From assembly GCA_965215565.1 (NCBI GenBank), contig CBDCDZ010000004.1, positions 704,001 to 768,000 on the forward strand: a stretch of 64,000 nucleotides of DNA, in the 5' to 3' direction. The notes beneath the pieces were generated by a model that did no database searches, had not been told where the DNA came from, and was given only the letters and a program-made list of their open reading frames with translations. The position numbers were made by a program, and so were the translations under genes. Positions 27,671-37,280 of this stretch are shown piece by piece (within the stretch, counting starts at the first letter, position 1; each line of letters begins with the position of its first letter). This DNA is from Trueperaceae bacterium (GTDB lineage Bacteria > Deinococcota > Deinococci > Deinococcales > Trueperaceae).

Positions 27671-28795
27671 ATGGCCTTAAAAGCCCCTTCCCTGACTGTC
27701 GGCATCGAAGAGGAGTACCAGATCGTCGACCCGGAAACGCGCGAGCTTAAAAGTTACATCACGCAGTTTTTAGAGGGTGACCACAGCGTCTTGCGCGAGC
27801 TGGAGATTCAGCCCGAGCTGCACCAGAGCATGGTGGAAATCGGCACCTCGGTCTGCGACAACGTGCAAGACGCGCGTGACGAACTCATCGACTTGCGCTG
27901 CAAGGTGAGCGAACTCGCCAGGAGCCGGGGCGCGCGCATCGCGGCGGCGGGCACGCACCCCTTCTCGACGTGGGAGTCGCAAGAGATCACACCCTTCGAA
28001 CGCTACGAAGGGCTTCTAGAAGACATGCAGGTCTTGGCGCGGCAGCTCCTGATCTTTGGGATGCACGTGCACGTCGGTATTGAAGACGAAGGTTTCGCCG
28101 TGGACGCGATGAACACGCTGCGCTACTTCACGCCGCACGTCTTAGCACTCTCCACCTCGTCGCCCTTCTGGGAGGGACGCAACACCGGGCTTCACAGCTA
28201 CCGCAGCGCGATCTTCAAGCATTTCCCGCGCACGGGCTTGCCGATTGAATTCAACTCGAGAGCCGAATACGACGACTTCATCAACGTCTTGGTGCAAACC
28301 AACTGCATCCCCGACGGCTCGAAAATCTACTGGGATTTGCGCCCGCACCACAAGTACTCGACCTTGGAGTTTCGCATCTGCGACCTCTGCACGCACGTGG
28401 ACGACGCGATCTGCTGCGCGTCGCTCTTTCAAGCTCTGGTTTTGAAGCACTACAAAATGCGCACGGACAACGTCACCTTCCGCAAATATCCCTTGCACCT
28501 CATCGAAGAGAACAAGTGGCGGGCGGTGCGCTACGGGATTCAGGGCAAACTCGTCGACTTCGGCAAGCGCCAAGAGGTCTCCACCAAGGATTTGCTCCAC
28601 GAACTCGTCGACTTTGTCGACGACGTCTTAGACGAACTCGGCACACGCAAAGAGGTCGAGCACGTCTTTACGATTTTGGAGCGCGGCTCTTCAGCAGATC
28701 AACAGCTCGAGATTTTCGAGGACACGGGCGACCCGAAAAAGGTCGTGGACTGGCTTATCGAAGAAACCTTGAAGGGATGTGAGCTGCCGGATTGA
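27671..28795 (+). CDS. ybdK: Carboxylate-amine ligase / glutamate-cysteine ligase GCS2 (YbdK)
   Basis: TVGIEEEYQ, GTHPFS, FGMHVHVG, SSPFWEGR.TG..SYR, YWDLRP and ENKWRA.RYG. Confidence 0.92.
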   Translation: MALKAPSLTVGIEEEYQIVDPETRELKSYITQFLEGDHSVLRELEIQPELHQSMVEIGTSVCDNVQDARDELIDLRCKVSELARSRGARIAAAGTHPFSTWESQEITPFERYEGLLEDMQVLARQLLIFGMHVHVGIEDEGFAVDAMNTLRYFTPHVLALSTSSPFWEGRNTGLHSYRSAIFKHFPRTGLPIEFNSRAEYDDFINVLVQTNCIPDGSKIYWDLRPHHKYSTLEFRICDLCTHVDDAICCASLFQALVLKHYKMRTDNVTFRKYPLHLIEENKWRAVRYGIQGKLVDFGKRQEVSTKDLLHELVDFVDDVLDELGTRKEVEHVFTILERGSSADQQLEIFEDTGDPKKVVDWLIEETLKGCELPD

Positions 28796-28803
28796 GCCGG
28801 GAG

Positions 28804-29373
28804 CTAAGCGTCGCTCGGGGGCTGTCGCCAGTTTACAGCCTCCGCCCACTCGAGCCCGCCCGCCATCATCACGTCGAAGACGGGGTCTTTGATGTCGTAG
28901 TAGGCATTTACGTCATTCGGGAAATATCTGGCTAGCTGACGTTTGACTTCCGCATAGGCGTTCGCTGCCATAGGACGGGTGCGCAGATATTCACGGCAGA
29001 TGAGGGCGTAGCGCTGGTTGAACCGACCTTGAATCCGGACGTGAACGTGCGAGCGAGGCGCGTCACTTGAGAAGTAGCGTTTCTCGAGCTGCTCCGGCGT
29101 TAAGTCCAAACCCGGCGGACAGTGATCATGGTCGATGGTCCGGAACGTCAACCCCAAGTCCTCGAACGCTTCACGAAAAGGCAAGCTCAAGTCCGCAACT
29201 GTAACCTGAATATCGGTGACGTCTTTAGCAGCCAGACCCGGCACACTCGTCGAGCCGATGTGATGAATCGCCAGAGCGTCCGCCCCTGCCGCTTCACGCA
29301 AGGTTTTACCAAAGGTCGTGAACCTCTGCGGCCAGCTCTCTCTATACGGCACGATTTGAATCACGAGAGTCAC
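28804..29373 (-). CDS. GrpB/UPF0157 family nucleotidyltransferase-like protein
   Basis: Y...WP..F, HIGSTSVPGLAAKD..DI, HVHVR and Y..VK..LA. Confidence 0.88.
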   Translation of the reverse strand: MTLVIQIVPYRESWPQRFTTFGKTLREAAGADALAIHHIGSTSVPGLAAKDVTDIQVTVADLSLPFREAFEDLGLTFRTIDHDHCPPGLDLTPEQLEKRYFSSDAPRSHVHVRIQGRFNQRYALICREYLRTRPMAANAYAEVKRQLARYFPNDVNAYYDIKDPVFDVMMAGGLEWAEAVNWRQPPSDA

Positions 29374-29384
29374 TCTATCGTAGT

Positions 29385-30278
29385 TTGAGCGGTTGTACCA
29401 TCACCTCTTTTGATGTGAAGCTGAGCGGTGTGGACGAGTTCAATTGGCTCAGCACTGAAATCAACGGGCGTTCTGTCAGCTACGTGCGCACGGGACGAGG
29501 TCGACCTCTCGTCCTCTTACACGGCTTCACGCTCGGGCATAGCACGCTAACCTATGGTCCCAGCATCGAACCTCTTTCTAAACATTTCGAGGTGATCGCG
29601 CCGGACTTGCCGGGGTACGGCTCGAGCGCGCCTTTCCCCCAGCCCTTTAGCACAGAGAATTACATCGACTTTTTGGAGGGCTTCTTAGACGCTCTCAGCG
29701 TAGAAAAAACCTATCTGGTCGGCTTTTCGAAGGGTGGCGGCATCGCGCTCGGCTTCGCCTTGCAGCATCCTGGGCGCGTCTCTAAGCTCGCGCTGGTCAG
29801 CTCATACGCGCTCAGTGGCGCGGTGCAGATACCCTTTCTTCCCTACCTTGCCCTGCGCACGCCCGGTCTCGCTGAAGTCGCGTGGCGCAGCTTGCGCGGC
29901 GTTAAGGGGCTCCTACCTCTCTACCTAAAAAATCTCGTCTTCGGCGACGCGGACAACGTGACGGACGAGATCATCGCCGAGATACGCGAACCTCTCAATG
30001 AAGCGGGCAGCGAACGCGCCTTTATGACCTGGCTGCGCGGCGAGATGGGACCCTTGCGCCTCAAGACGAGCTACGCCGATAGACTCACCGAGTTGCGCGC
30101 GCCGACCCTCCTACTCCACGGCACCAAAGACCTCGTCGTACCCGCGAGACGCGCGAAGCGCGCCGCGAACCTCATCCCAAATGTCGAACTAGAACTCCTG
30201 CGCGGCTGTGGTCACTGGGTGCCGCGCGAAGTGCCGGAGCGTTTTGTGGAGGCGCTCTACACCTTTTTAGAGCGCTGA
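29385..30278 (+). CDS. Alpha/beta fold hydrolase (start uncertain, possibly GTG 29415 or 29430)
   Basis: LHGF, PDLPGYG.S, nucleophile elbow GFSKGG, HGTKD and CGHW. Confidence 0.88.
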   Translation: MSGCTITSFDVKLSGVDEFNWLSTEINGRSVSYVRTGRGRPLVLLHGFTLGHSTLTYGPSIEPLSKHFEVIAPDLPGYGSSAPFPQPFSTENYIDFLEGFLDALSVEKTYLVGFSKGGGIALGFALQHPGRVSKLALVSSYALSGAVQIPFLPYLALRTPGLAEVAWRSLRGVKGLLPLYLKNLVFGDADNVTDEIIAEIREPLNEAGSERAFMTWLRGEMGPLRLKTSYADRLTELRAPTLLLHGTKDLVVPARRAKRAANLIPNVELELLRGCGHWVPREVPERFVEALYTFLER

Positions 30279-30388
30279 GCCCTCTCAATCCGACTCACGC
30301 CACCTCATAATCTCATACACTAAGGTTATGCGTCGCCAACATCTGAAACGAACTCCGCCAGGTCTCATTTCTCAATATCTACATCAAA

Positions 30389-30565
30389 TAGCAGTTCCAC
30401 AACAAATTGAGACGAAATGCCGCTTTCTGAAAGCTGCTGCAAGCAGACGGAAGTTTTGGCAACGCCAAAGGCATCATCACCGAACGCGCGTGCTAGTTAC
30501 GCAGTTTTCTGTAGGAAACATCGCTTTACATACTAAGAGTGTCTCAAACCAGATGATACCTGCTA
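30389..30565 (+). mobile_element. MITE-like small repeat (TAGCAG...CTGCTA family)
   Basis: Ends TAGCAGTTCCACAACAAATTGAGAC and GTCTCAAACCAGATGATACCTGCTA form 25-bp imperfect terminal inverted repeats. Confidence 0.8.
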
Positions 30566-30605
30566 AAACTATGTATCATTTACAGAGAGCGTTTCAAACT
30601 AGATG

Positions 30606-30740
30606 ATACGGATTCCGTTTAATTCCCTATCACCGAGAAAGGCGTTCGATGATAGTTCATACACTCCATCCGTATCTTTGTTCCCACTCGCATCCGCTCG
30701 GATTGATTCGCTATGTTAGCGAATCAATCGGAGTTGGTAT
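30606..30740. repeat. Deinococcus-type small nucleotide repeat (ATACGGATTCCG ... CGGAGTTGGTAT)
   Basis: Imperfect terminal inverted repeats and an internal hairpin GATTGATTCGCTA..TAGCGAATCAATC. ACTCGCATCCGCTCGGATTGA resembles Deinococcus intergenic SNR repeats (recall). Confidence 0.65.
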
Positions 30741-30752
30741 GATACCTACTCC

Positions 30753-31199
30753 ATGATCTGGCAGTATCAAACACGTATCAGCACGCAACTCTTCGGTTGG
30801 AGCGCGCTAAGCGTCTTCGGCGGTCTAGGAATGTTGCTCCTTCTCAGTGACCCTTTCTTGCAGGGCGTCGGCTTGCAGGGCGTGGTTTGGGGCGTCATCG
30901 ACGCGGGCATCGCCTTTTTTAGTCAACTTGGAATGCGCCGCAAGCTCGCTGACATGGACGCGCCGAACAGCGCGGGCGTACAGCGCGAAGAGGCGCGGCG
31001 GCTGCGGCGCTTGCTCTACATCAACGCAGGGCTAGACGTGCTCTACGTCGTTGTAGGCGTCGGCATCATCTTGACCTTCGGCACGGAGAGCGCCTTCGCG
31101 AGAGGGAACGGCGTCGGCGTCGTTATCCAGGGGACGTTTTTGCTCCTCTTTGACCTCGTTCACGGCGTGCGGACGGGTAGGGTCATCGCGGAGCTTTAG
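30753..31199 (+). CDS. Small membrane protein (DUF6992-like)
   Basis: Four TM segments; Q...WG.ID..IA, NAGLDVLY and G.G...QG.FLL.FD. Confidence 0.75.
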   Translation: MIWQYQTRISTQLFGWSALSVFGGLGMLLLLSDPFLQGVGLQGVVWGVIDAGIAFFSQLGMRRKLADMDAPNSAGVQREEARRLRRLLYINAGLDVLYVVVGVGIILTFGTESAFARGNGVGVVIQGTFLLLFDLVHGVRTGRVIAEL

Positions 31200-31219
31200 G
31201 TGGAGCGTGGAAGGCTCGG

Positions 31220-31870
31220 CTAACCCATCAAATGGTGTAAGAGGTTCACGACCTCTTCTGCACCTACCTTCTCTTCCGCCAGTATTCGAAGTCGCCCTGT
31301 CTGGTAGAGCCTCTCCCCTACCTCGGTAGCCTTGGGAAGCTCACAGCGGTAGACCTCTATGAACTGCGGGTTGCCCTTGGGCGTGTTTCTGCGCAGATGT
31401 GATTCTATCTGCAGCGCGATCAGTACGCGCTCGAGGTCCGCCGACTGAGGCGGAACACCCCTTATCTTCTTCTCCCTCAGATACGGCACCTGCTCCGTCA
31501 TCGCGCTGCAGCCCGCCCAGGGATCACGCGAGGCGAAGTGAAAAGTGCGTACGCCCGCCATACGAATTGCACCCATGCACAGCGGGCACGGCTCGGTGGA
31601 GGTGTAGAGAACGCTGGTATACGGATTGTGCTGCGCGTAGTCGAAGCTCACGAGCGCGTTCATCTCGGCGTGGGCGAGCGGGTGTCCGGCTAACTGGGGT
31701 GGTGAGGGCGGTTCGTGGATGCGGTTGCGTCCGCTCGAGACTATTCGCCCCTCCTCATTCACGACAATCGAGGCGATAGGCAGCGAGCCCGCGCAGTACG
31801 CCTCCCAAGCGAGTTCGGCGCAGACGCGCCAGGGCTTGGAGAGTGAATTCCAAAAATCTACGGTGCTCAC
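31220..31870 (-). CDS. Zn-dependent nucleoside/nucleotide deaminase (TadA/guanine deaminase-like) with C-terminal extension
   Basis: AHAE and EPCPLCMG motifs. GTG start overlaps the upstream stop (GTGA). Confidence 0.88.
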   Translation of the reverse strand: MSTVDFWNSLSKPWRVCAELAWEAYCAGSLPIASIVVNEEGRIVSSGRNRIHEPPSPPQLAGHPLAHAEMNALVSFDYAQHNPYTSVLYTSTEPCPLCMGAIRMAGVRTFHFASRDPWAGCSAMTEQVPYLREKKIRGVPPQSADLERVLIALQIESHLRRNTPKGNPQFIEVYRCELPKATEVGERLYQTGRLRILAEEKVGAEEVVNLLHHLMG

Positions 31871-32472
31871 AGCACTTGCCCATGCTTTACAACGAGGTCA
31901 TCCAACGCTTCACGCAGCAAGCTCGCCTCGGTGCGGTTCAAGGCGTCGGAGAGCTTGGAGAGCCGCTCTAAGCTCGCTTTGGAGTAGTAGTTGCTCTTCA
32001 ACGTCATCTTTGATTCGACGTAGATAGCGACGCGCCCGCGCCCTTCGGTTTTAGCGCGGTAAAGGGCTTCGTCGGCAGCGCGCAAGAGGTCAGGGATACT
32101 CTTAGCGTGCGGCGGGCGGCTAGCGATGCCGACGGAGAGGTGGACCTTGCGCGGGATTTGCGGGTTCGGGGTGCGGCTCGAGAAGTGCGTGCGGACCTCC
32201 TCGAGCAAAATCAGCGTGTTCTCAGCGGGCAACCCCGGCAGCGCCACCGCGTACTCGTCACCGCCTAAGCGTGCGAGGAGCGCGTCAGCGGGCAAGCTGC
32301 CCTGCAACACCCCCTCCAAATGACGTAGCACCGCGTCGCCCGTCTCGCGTCCGTAATCGTCGTTAATTTCAGCAAAGTGGTCAAGGTCCGTCATTGCGAG
32401 ACTTATCAGCATGTCTTCCGGAAGTTCGTTAATCGCAGCTTCAAAGTCGGGACGGGTACGTAGCTCGAGCAT
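31867..32472 (-). CDS. GGDEF domain protein fused to a C-terminal ribbon-helix-helix domain
   Basis: DLDHF..IND.YG...GD, RLGGDEY, ADEALYRAK..GR; C-terminus KSNYYSKASLERLSKLS....RTEASLLREALDDL. SD AGGAGG before ATG 32472. Confidence 0.85.
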   Translation of the reverse strand: MLELRTRPDFEAAINELPEDMLISLAMTDLDHFAEINDDYGRETGDAVLRHLEGVLQGSLPADALLARLGGDEYAVALPGLPAENTLILLEEVRTHFSSRTPNPQIPRKVHLSVGIASRPPHAKSIPDLLRAADEALYRAKTEGRGRVAIYVESKMTLKSNYYSKASLERLSKLSDALNRTEASLLREALDDLVVKHGQVL

Positions 32473-32685
32473 CGTCACACCTCCTATAGTTTTATATTGA
32501 TATATATATGTTGCGAGCAATACGTAAAGACATGAAAAAGGTCACACTCGAGGTGGATAAATTCATAGCTTGCGGATAGATGTTGCGTCATCTCGAGTGG
32601 GGTTTCTCAACGGAGGCTACTAGCTTTCAACCAAAAAGCGCCCTAGCGCGTTGTTTGAATAGGTATTTGAGTACATAGTAGAAGC

Positions 32686-34173
32686 ATGGATGGAAAAATT
32701 CTAGTTACGGGGGCAACAGGTTATATCGGCGGGCGGCTCGTCCCGCGACTTTTAGAAGACGGACGCGACGTGCGCTGCTTGGTGCGCGACGCGGAGCGTT
32801 TCAAGGTGCGCTCGTACCATACAGAGGTCGAAGTCGTCGAGGGCGACGTGTTGGAACCCGAGAGCTTAGAGGGCACCTTCGACGGCGTCCACACCGCCTA
32901 CTACCTCATCCACTCGATGGGCGCGTCCGAGCGCGGCTTCGAAAACCGCGACCGCACGGCGGCGGAGAACTTCGCGCAGGCGGCGAAGAAGGCGGGCGTA
33001 AAGCACATCATCTACCTGGGCGGTCTCGGCTCGGACGACAAGGGAATGTCGAAACACCTTCACTCGCGCCAGGAGACCGGACGCGCGTTAGCCACGGCGG
33101 GCGTTCCCGTCACCGAGTTTCGCGCCGCCATCATCGTCGGCTCGGGCAGCATCTCCTTCGAGATGATTCGCTACCTGACGGAACGGTTGCCCATCATGGT
33201 GACGCCTAAGTGGGTGGACACGAAGGTGCAGCCCATCGCCATCCGCGATGTGCTCTCCTACCTGCAGAGCGCGCCCGAGCACACGGCTGAAGGTCATCAG
33301 ATTGTCGAAATCGGCGGACCGGAAGTTTTGACCTACAAGGACATGCTCTTTACCTACGCCGAGGTGCGCGGGCTCAAGCGCACGATGTTTTCGACGCCGG
33401 TGCTGAGCCCCAAGCTCTCGTCATACTGGATCAACGTCGTCACGCCGATTCCCGCCTCGATTGCGCGCCCGCTCGTCGAAGGTCTGACGAGCGAGGTCAT
33501 CGTTGACAATCCCGAGCCCGCCAAGGCGTACAAACTCCGCCCTATCTCGTACGAAACCGCCGTCAAACTCGCGCTCAACCGCGCCAGCCAAGGTGCCGTC
33601 GAAACGCTCTGGAGCGGCTCGCTCTCCTCGGTGCCGCGCGGCACGCCGAGTCAAGAGAAGCTCAAGGACGCCGAGGGGATGCTCTCGGACAGGCGCTCGA
33701 GGCACTTCGACGTGAGCAAAGAGAACGCCTTCGAAGCCATCGTCAACATCGGCGGCGAAGAGGGCTGGTACACCTTCGACTGGCTCTGGCAGATTCGCGG
33801 TGTGTTGGATAGGCTCTGGGGCGGCGTCGGGATGCGGCGCGGCAGACGCGACCCGCACAACCTCTTGCCCGGCGACGCTCTGGACTTTTGGCGCGTCGAG
33901 AGCGTCGAGGACAACGACCACTTACAGCTCCGCGCCGAGATGAAGGTGCCGGGGCGGGCGTGGCTACGCTTCGACGTGCGCGAGGACGACGACGGCAAAA
34001 CCGAGATTCAGCAAACCGCCTACTTCGAGCCGAAGGGACTCTTCGGATTCCTCTACTGGTACGCGATGTACCCCGCGCACCTCTTCATCTTCCCCTCGAT
34101 GATCAACGCGATCGGCGAACGCGCGAAGGAGTTCGAGAAGGGAACCTCGAGCGCCTCGCCCGAACCTGCTTGA
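32686..34173 (+). CDS. Atypical SDR oxidoreductase with DUF2867 (YbjT-like)
   Basis: TGATGYIGG.L, YYLIHSM, GSGS.SFE, IGG..GWY, LDFWRV and LRAEMKVPG.AWL. Confidence 0.92.
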   Translation: MDGKILVTGATGYIGGRLVPRLLEDGRDVRCLVRDAERFKVRSYHTEVEVVEGDVLEPESLEGTFDGVHTAYYLIHSMGASERGFENRDRTAAENFAQAAKKAGVKHIIYLGGLGSDDKGMSKHLHSRQETGRALATAGVPVTEFRAAIIVGSGSISFEMIRYLTERLPIMVTPKWVDTKVQPIAIRDVLSYLQSAPEHTAEGHQIVEIGGPEVLTYKDMLFTYAEVRGLKRTMFSTPVLSPKLSSYWINVVTPIPASIARPLVEGLTSEVIVDNPEPAKAYKLRPISYETAVKLALNRASQGAVETLWSGSLSSVPRGTPSQEKLKDAEGMLSDRRSRHFDVSKENAFEAIVNIGGEEGWYTFDWLWQIRGVLDRLWGGVGMRRGRRDPHNLLPGDALDFWRVESVEDNDHLQLRAEMKVPGRAWLRFDVREDDDGKTEIQQTAYFEPKGLFGFLYWYAMYPAHLFIFPSMINAIGERAKEFEKGTSSASPEPA

Positions 34174-34208
34174 GTTTTTTGAATTCGTAAGAACGGCCTT
34201 GAGCGGGC

Positions 34209-35156
34209 TCAAACCACCCGCTCTAATTCGCGTTTAGCCAGCGTTCGGAGTGCCTCTTTCGCTGACGAGGTTGGGAACATGCTCAGCGCCTCTACAGCTT
34301 TGTTGGTCTCGAGCACGATCCGCTCTTTAGCCTGCTTATCCGCGCCATGCTCCCTTATCAGCGTTTGTACCCGCGCTACATCACCCTCATGACTTGCGTG
34401 GCGGCGTAAAATCGTGCGGACCTCATCGACACTAGCTTGTAAAAGAGTCAATACCGCGTAGGTCGCCTTGCCCTCTCGCAAATCACCACCCACAGGCTTA
34501 CCTAGCGTTGCCGCGTCGCCCAAGAGGTCCAAGTAATCGTCGCGCATCTGGAAGGCGTAGCCGTAAGCAATTCCAAAGTCTCTAAGCGCCCGCTGCTCCT
34601 CCTCGCTTACGTCGCTCAGCATCGCCACGCCTTCTAGCGCCGCCGCGAAGAGCACCGCCGTCTTCCCTTCAATGATGGCAAAATAGTTCTCCAAGGAATA
34701 CGTCTCCAACGTCGCCATCTGGAACTGCAACACCTCCGCCTCGCAGATGCGCGCGGCGGTCTCCGACATGAGCGCGGTGAATTCGGAGCTTTGTGAACGC
34801 GCTAAGAGCCCTAAGACCCTGGCCAACATGAAGTCGCCCGACATCACGCTCACCACGTTGCCGTAGCGCCGAAACGCCGCCTCGTGGCCGCGCCGCGTGT
34901 CGGCGTCGTCGATGAGGTCATCGTGGAGGAGCGAGGCGGAGTGCAGCAACTCAGTGGCGAGCGCGACGCGCATGGTGGCGTCCGCGTCGGTGTGGAGCAG
35001 CTTGCCCGCCAAAAACGCGAGGCTCGGTCTGAGCCGTTTGCCGCCCGCGCTCACTAAGTCTTCGCCGATGGCTTCGATGAACGCCACCGAGGAGCGCAGT
35101 TCGGCGGCGAGCTGCGTTTCGAATTGGTTGAGGTTGTCTTGGATGAGGTCGAACAC
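34209..35156 (-). CDS. Polyprenyl diphosphate synthase
   Basis: GGKRLRP, first Asp-rich motif LHDDLID...RRG, GKTA.LF, FQMRDDYLD and GKP.G.DL.EGK.T. Confidence 0.93.
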   Translation of the reverse strand: MFDLIQDNLNQFETQLAAELRSSVAFIEAIGEDLVSAGGKRLRPSLAFLAGKLLHTDADATMRVALATELLHSASLLHDDLIDDADTRRGHEAAFRRYGNVVSVMSGDFMLARVLGLLARSQSSEFTALMSETAARICEAEVLQFQMATLETYSLENYFAIIEGKTAVLFAAALEGVAMLSDVSEEEQRALRDFGIAYGYAFQMRDDYLDLLGDAATLGKPVGGDLREGKATYAVLTLLQASVDEVRTILRRHASHEGDVARVQTLIREHGADKQAKERIVLETNKAVEALSMFPTSSAKEALRTLAKRELERVV

Positions 35157-35254
35157 AATAAGGTCTAGTATACGTGCTAAGCAAGTAGTATCTGGTCATC
35201 GACCTCGCCCGCGAAGATGTTGACTTAAAAGAGGCAAAGGCTAGAGGTATGGGA

Positions 35255-35281
35255 AACCCCCTCGAGTGGCTCGAGGGGGTT
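35255..35281 (-). terminator. Hairpin AACCCCCTCGAG-TGG-CTCGAGGGGGTT
   Basis: Perfect 12-bp stem 25 nt downstream of the 35306 stop. Confidence 0.65.
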
Positions 35282-35305
35282 CACAATCAGACTGTTTTTA
35301 TAAGT

Positions 35306-37096
35306 TTAGAAGTCGTTCTTCGTCACACCAACTGCGGGACCAATATTGGAGTGATGTACACCTGTTTCCAAGTCTTGGAAAACTGCTTCAACTTCCCAAA
35401 CGCCGATATCTGTGTCACCAAACGACCTGCTAAGGGTCAGCGACTGCCGCGCAGGATCGAGCGTTCCCTTAACAAAGCGTACAACATTATTGTTGAATCT
35501 AACGATGAGCAGGTACTTCACAGGGTTAGTAATACCGCTTGTGTCGATGACCCAGGTTGCACTCTCTGGTGTGACTTCGCGCTCTACATTTTCGTCCGTA
35601 ATCACTCCGAAGCCAGGAGGACTACTCAGTGGGTCAAGAGCTTCCTCTAACTGGCTATAATCGGCGCTTCTATCAACGATGACGTTGAACTCTCTGATGT
35701 TACGCTTGCTTTCATCGCTTTTGTCAATACCGACGACGCGCAGCTTCCACTCGTCGCTATCGAAGACGTAGGGGGAGCCATCGAGGGCAATTGTACCTGT
35801 TGAGAAGAGGTCGTACTCACCTTCTCTGTTGTAGAAAAGCAGCTTATTTTCAGGCTTGCCGTTCTCACCGCAGCTATCACAAACCATGCGCACTTCAACC
35901 GCTTCGATATTTTCCGTCTGGTCTGTGACGCGCCCGGAGACGTTGATGACGTCGCCGACGCGGGCGGTTGCGCCAGCTTCTGGTGGAGAAGGTGTGAAGA
36001 CGAGCAGGGCGGGCGGCAGGGCGCTATTGATTGCGCCGTTTACAGCGTTGCTGCGGCTCACACTCACTTCGACGCCGTTGACGACAACCGTACCTTCAAC
36101 TTTGATGATATAGCTATCCGTGGGGATGTCGCCGAGGTCGAATGAGGCTCTGCCGATGAAGTCGACGTTGTCTTGAGGCTCGTCCGCCGCGCTGCCTGTG
36201 CCATTCGCTGTGAGATAGTCTCTCGCAACGAGTTCGCCTCGGTAATCATAGATGTAGACCCACAGCTTGCGGCCGTTCTCGAGCTGCCAAGTGTAGTCTT
36301 CACCGCCCGAAATCACTTCAGCCACGACGTCAAAGGTTGCGCCGATTTCGTTGCCTTCGCTGGGCGAGACAATCGTCAGTGTAGGCGGAATGCCACTATT
36401 AAGCACGTTAATCGAGAGGCCTTCTTCGCCGATTCTGCCTACCGCGTCGTACGCTCTCGCGCTGAGCGTGACCGGACCGTCGTCACGTCCCACGTCTAAA
36501 TCTTCGGTGTTCCAAGCGTAGCTGTAAGGCGCTTCGGTGTCGGTAGCGAGGAGTTGGTTGCCTGCATAGAATTCGACGCGGGTCACGCCTTTGTCATCGT
36601 TCGCAGCAACCGCTAAGTCAACGACGCCGCTGTAGTTGTCGTCGTTCGTGGGCGAAATCCACTCGACGGTGGGGTTCTCCTCGTCGGGGCTGTCGGGGTC
36701 AGAGGGTTTCGTGACCGTGACCGTCATCGGCTCAGTGCGCGCCGTTTGACCGAAGCCGTTCTTAGCTTCAGCCACAAAGGTGTTCGCGCCTAGCGTCGTC
36801 GAGGCGTCCCAGTCATAGGTGAGCGTGACTGCGCCGAGCGAGAGGCTTCCGTCTTCGTCTCTTTCGCCGTTCGCCGTCGAGATGACTCTGTCGTTCAGCG
36901 ACAGCGTGATGCTGGCGATACCGCTCTCCTCATCGGACGCAACCACGACAACTTGCGTGCTCTGCGGACTCACCGTGTTGCTGCTCGGGCTCATAAACGC
37001 CACTTTCGGGGCGGAGCCGTCGAAGAGCAAGTTACACCCCGCGAGTAGAGCGCTCAGCCCCAGCGCGAGCAGTAACCCAACCTTAAACCTCTTCAT
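35306..37096 (-). CDS. Large acidic lipoprotein with repeated bacterial Ig-like domains
   Basis: SD AAGGAGG, lipobox LAGC, and repeated P.V...SP...A.D..G+..V modules (Big_7-like APYSYAWNT). Confidence 0.85.
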   Translation of the reverse strand: MKRFKVGLLLALGLSALLAGCNLLFDGSAPKVAFMSPSSNTVSPQSTQVVVVASDEESGIASITLSLNDRVISTANGERDEDGSLSLGAVTLTYDWDASTTLGANTFVAEAKNGFGQTARTEPMTVTVTKPSDPDSPDEENPTVEWISPTNDDNYSGVVDLAVAANDDKGVTRVEFYAGNQLLATDTEAPYSYAWNTEDLDVGRDDGPVTLSARAYDAVGRIGEEGLSINVLNSGIPPTLTIVSPSEGNEIGATFDVVAEVISGGEDYTWQLENGRKLWVYIYDYRGELVARDYLTANGTGSAADEPQDNVDFIGRASFDLGDIPTDSYIIKVEGTVVVNGVEVSVSRSNAVNGAINSALPPALLVFTPSPPEAGATARVGDVINVSGRVTDQTENIEAVEVRMVCDSCGENGKPENKLLFYNREGEYDLFSTGTIALDGSPYVFDSDEWKLRVVGIDKSDESKRNIREFNVIVDRSADYSQLEEALDPLSSPPGFGVITDENVEREVTPESATWVIDTSGITNPVKYLLIVRFNNNVVRFVKGTLDPARQSLTLSRSFGDTDIGVWEVEAVFQDLETGVHHSNIGPAVGVTKNDF

Positions 37097-37204
37097 GTAT
37101 TCCTCCTTAGAATCATGCTCAAAACAGGTCTCAGGATAGGCAAAAAACCGCGCCCAACCTGCTAAAAAGCCCACAGGCAGGGTGAGGGATTTTTGACGTT
37201 TACA

Positions 37205-37280
37205 GCAGGTAACATCTGGTCACGAACGCCCTCAGTAGGCAAATCGGCACTGGGAACTCACATTTATAGATGTTACCTGC
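37205..37280. repeat. Short element with perfect 13-bp terminal inverted repeat GCAGGTAACATCT
   Basis: GCAGGTAACATCT at 37205 and AGATGTTACCTGC ending at 37280; related to the MITE right end GCAGGTATCATCTGGT. Confidence 0.6.
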
